This document shows, in pieces, positions 62,365 through 64,000 of a stretch of DNA of 64,000 nucleotides. The notes below the pieces were generated by a model. The model saw only the letters and a list, made by a program, of their open reading frames with translations. It searched no databases and had not been told where the DNA came from. Position 1 is the stretch's first letter. Every line of letters begins with the position of its first letter. A program made the position numbers and the translations under genes. The DNA lies in NCBI RefSeq assembly GCF_032118995.1, contig NC_092652.1:15688336-15752335 (forward strand). Direction: 5' to 3'. This stretch comes from Asterias amurensis. Taxonomy: Eukaryota.

Positions 62365-64000
62365 CTTAAAAATGAAAATATAACAGTTTTCTCGTTCAAT
62401 TCCAGCAACAATGAATTCAAATGTTACAACGTATTTAAAGTCACGCATTTTTCTTATTGGCCGATCACTCACTTAGGGATTAAAAGGGTGGAAACGAGTT
62501 CTTAAACGGCCATTTAAAACTGGCAGCGTCGTTGCCGTGTGATATCGCACGGCATGGAACTCATGGAATAATATTCGACAAAGTTTTGAAACATGCACCA
62601 AGCTTATTATATTTTGTTTGTAAACCCGCATTTTTTTATGATGACGTTTTAGGGTCACGCAAGTAGAAAATATCATGTGGAACTGTAAAGTTCTTTCAAA
62701 GCCCGAGGGTTCTGTGTTTCAACTTTTGAGGAGATTTTATAAATTAAGGCTTTAAAGCTGTTCATATTTCGCTTTGAAATTAGGAGAGTGCCTCATAAAA
62801 ACAGGCAGCAAGTCAGTTTGGGAAAAAACATATTTTCGGGGTCTTTTTTAACTGGGGCAGGCCCCTATATGCATCATTAGAAGAAGAAAAAACTACATTT
62901 GGCTGACCTGCCGAAAGTTGAAATGAATGTGAAGTTTAAGTGAATATTTTTATCACTTAGTATAAAAGCACAGGCTGCTATGTGAATAAGTTTGTAAATG
63001 TGGTACACCCCTGGATGTTGTACATAAAATATCCCTTCATACTGTACGTCACGTTTTAGGTATTTTAGGCTGGTGGTTGACTCAACAAAAACCAATCAAG
63101 CGAAAACAGAGTGTAATATTTTTTTCCAGAGGTCAATCTATGCAATAAGTAAATACTACTAGGCTGTTAGTACCAATTTCGGTACCAGTATAAACACAAA
63201 TGCTTTCTATACATTATTGTGCCAGACCGATGGCACTGGTGATTTAAAGTATATGAGCAGCCGAAATACTGCAGTGTACAACAACAAAAACAAATCAACT
63301 CAATTGAAGCTTTTATTCTAAGACTATACCTGAAATGCGGCACTTTTTGCTATGTCATAGAAGTGCTCTGGAAAGCCAGGCGCGGCAGGGTCGCCCCATT
63401 TCCACACACTGGGAAACAAATCACAAAAATAAATCACACTCTCGAAATCAAATTCGTGGAAAACTGCTTCTTTCTCAAAAATTACGTCACTTCAGGGGGA
63501 GCCGTCTCTCACAATGTTTTGTACTGTCAACCTCTCCGAAACCAAGTGAGGTTTTATGCTGATAAATATTTTGAGTAATTACCAATAGTGTCGTCCACTG
63601 CCTTTAAAGATTGAAAATTAATACCCTAGCCCTAGAAAGACGTCGGGCTACAAATAACCATGCCAGTAGGACTATATAGTTTGTGCAGTTAAAACCAGAT
63701 TTGCTTGATGTAATGGTTTCCTTCGTCAATGCAATAACAAAATAATGCTTTAAACATACACACAGTACTTACTTGTTTTCAGCCTTACTCATTTTCGATG
63801 CTCATTGTACACAGGAAAGACAGCAACTGATAAGTGAAGGTTATAGTGGCTCAGTGACGTCTGATGGTCAACAGGTTGAATGCGGAACTGCTGAAACTAT
63901 GCTTTAAAGGCAGTGTACACTATTGGTAATTACTCAAAATAATTATCAGCATAAAACCTCACTTGGTAACGAGTAATGGGGAGAGGTTGATAGTATAAAA

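Overview
The window is AT-rich (~37% GC), intron-rich eukaryotic (metazoan) nuclear DNA. It contains no prokaryotic operons, rRNA genes or CRISPR arrays; I examined the tandem arrays in the window as CRISPR candidates and rejected them. Three protein-coding genes are all on the minus strand. (1) An ortholog of alkyldihydroxyacetonephosphate synthase (AGPS) occupies 27399 down to 272; I resolved 19 exons by conceptual translation against the human protein, and its 3' end lies beyond the window start. (2) A gene of unknown function at 35305..32181 encodes a proline-rich protein with coding tandem repeats and a roughly 150 aa C-terminal globular domain I cannot assign. (3) An ortholog of vault poly(ADP-ribose) polymerase PARP4 (PARP catalytic, VIT and VWA domains) occupies 62364 down to 37561; I resolved 23 exons, and its 5' BRCT-coding part is at or beyond the window end. 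The rest is repeats: at least 25 copies of a ~370-400 bp MITE with terminal inverted repeats ggcagtggacactattggtaat, a related sub-family, two other MITE families, several families of perfect-palindrome foldback elements, tRNA-derived SINEs (including a tandem triplet and inverted pairs), and several satellites and microsatellites. The organism is most likely an invertebrate deuterostome (echinoderm-like), but that guess is low-confidence. Most six-frame ORFs in the provided track are intron read-through or repeat artefacts, and the ORF caller evidently allows GTG/TTG starts. Exon boundaries were placed by hand from GT..AG sites and reading-frame continuity; they could be off by a few bp, and nothing was confirmed by a database search.
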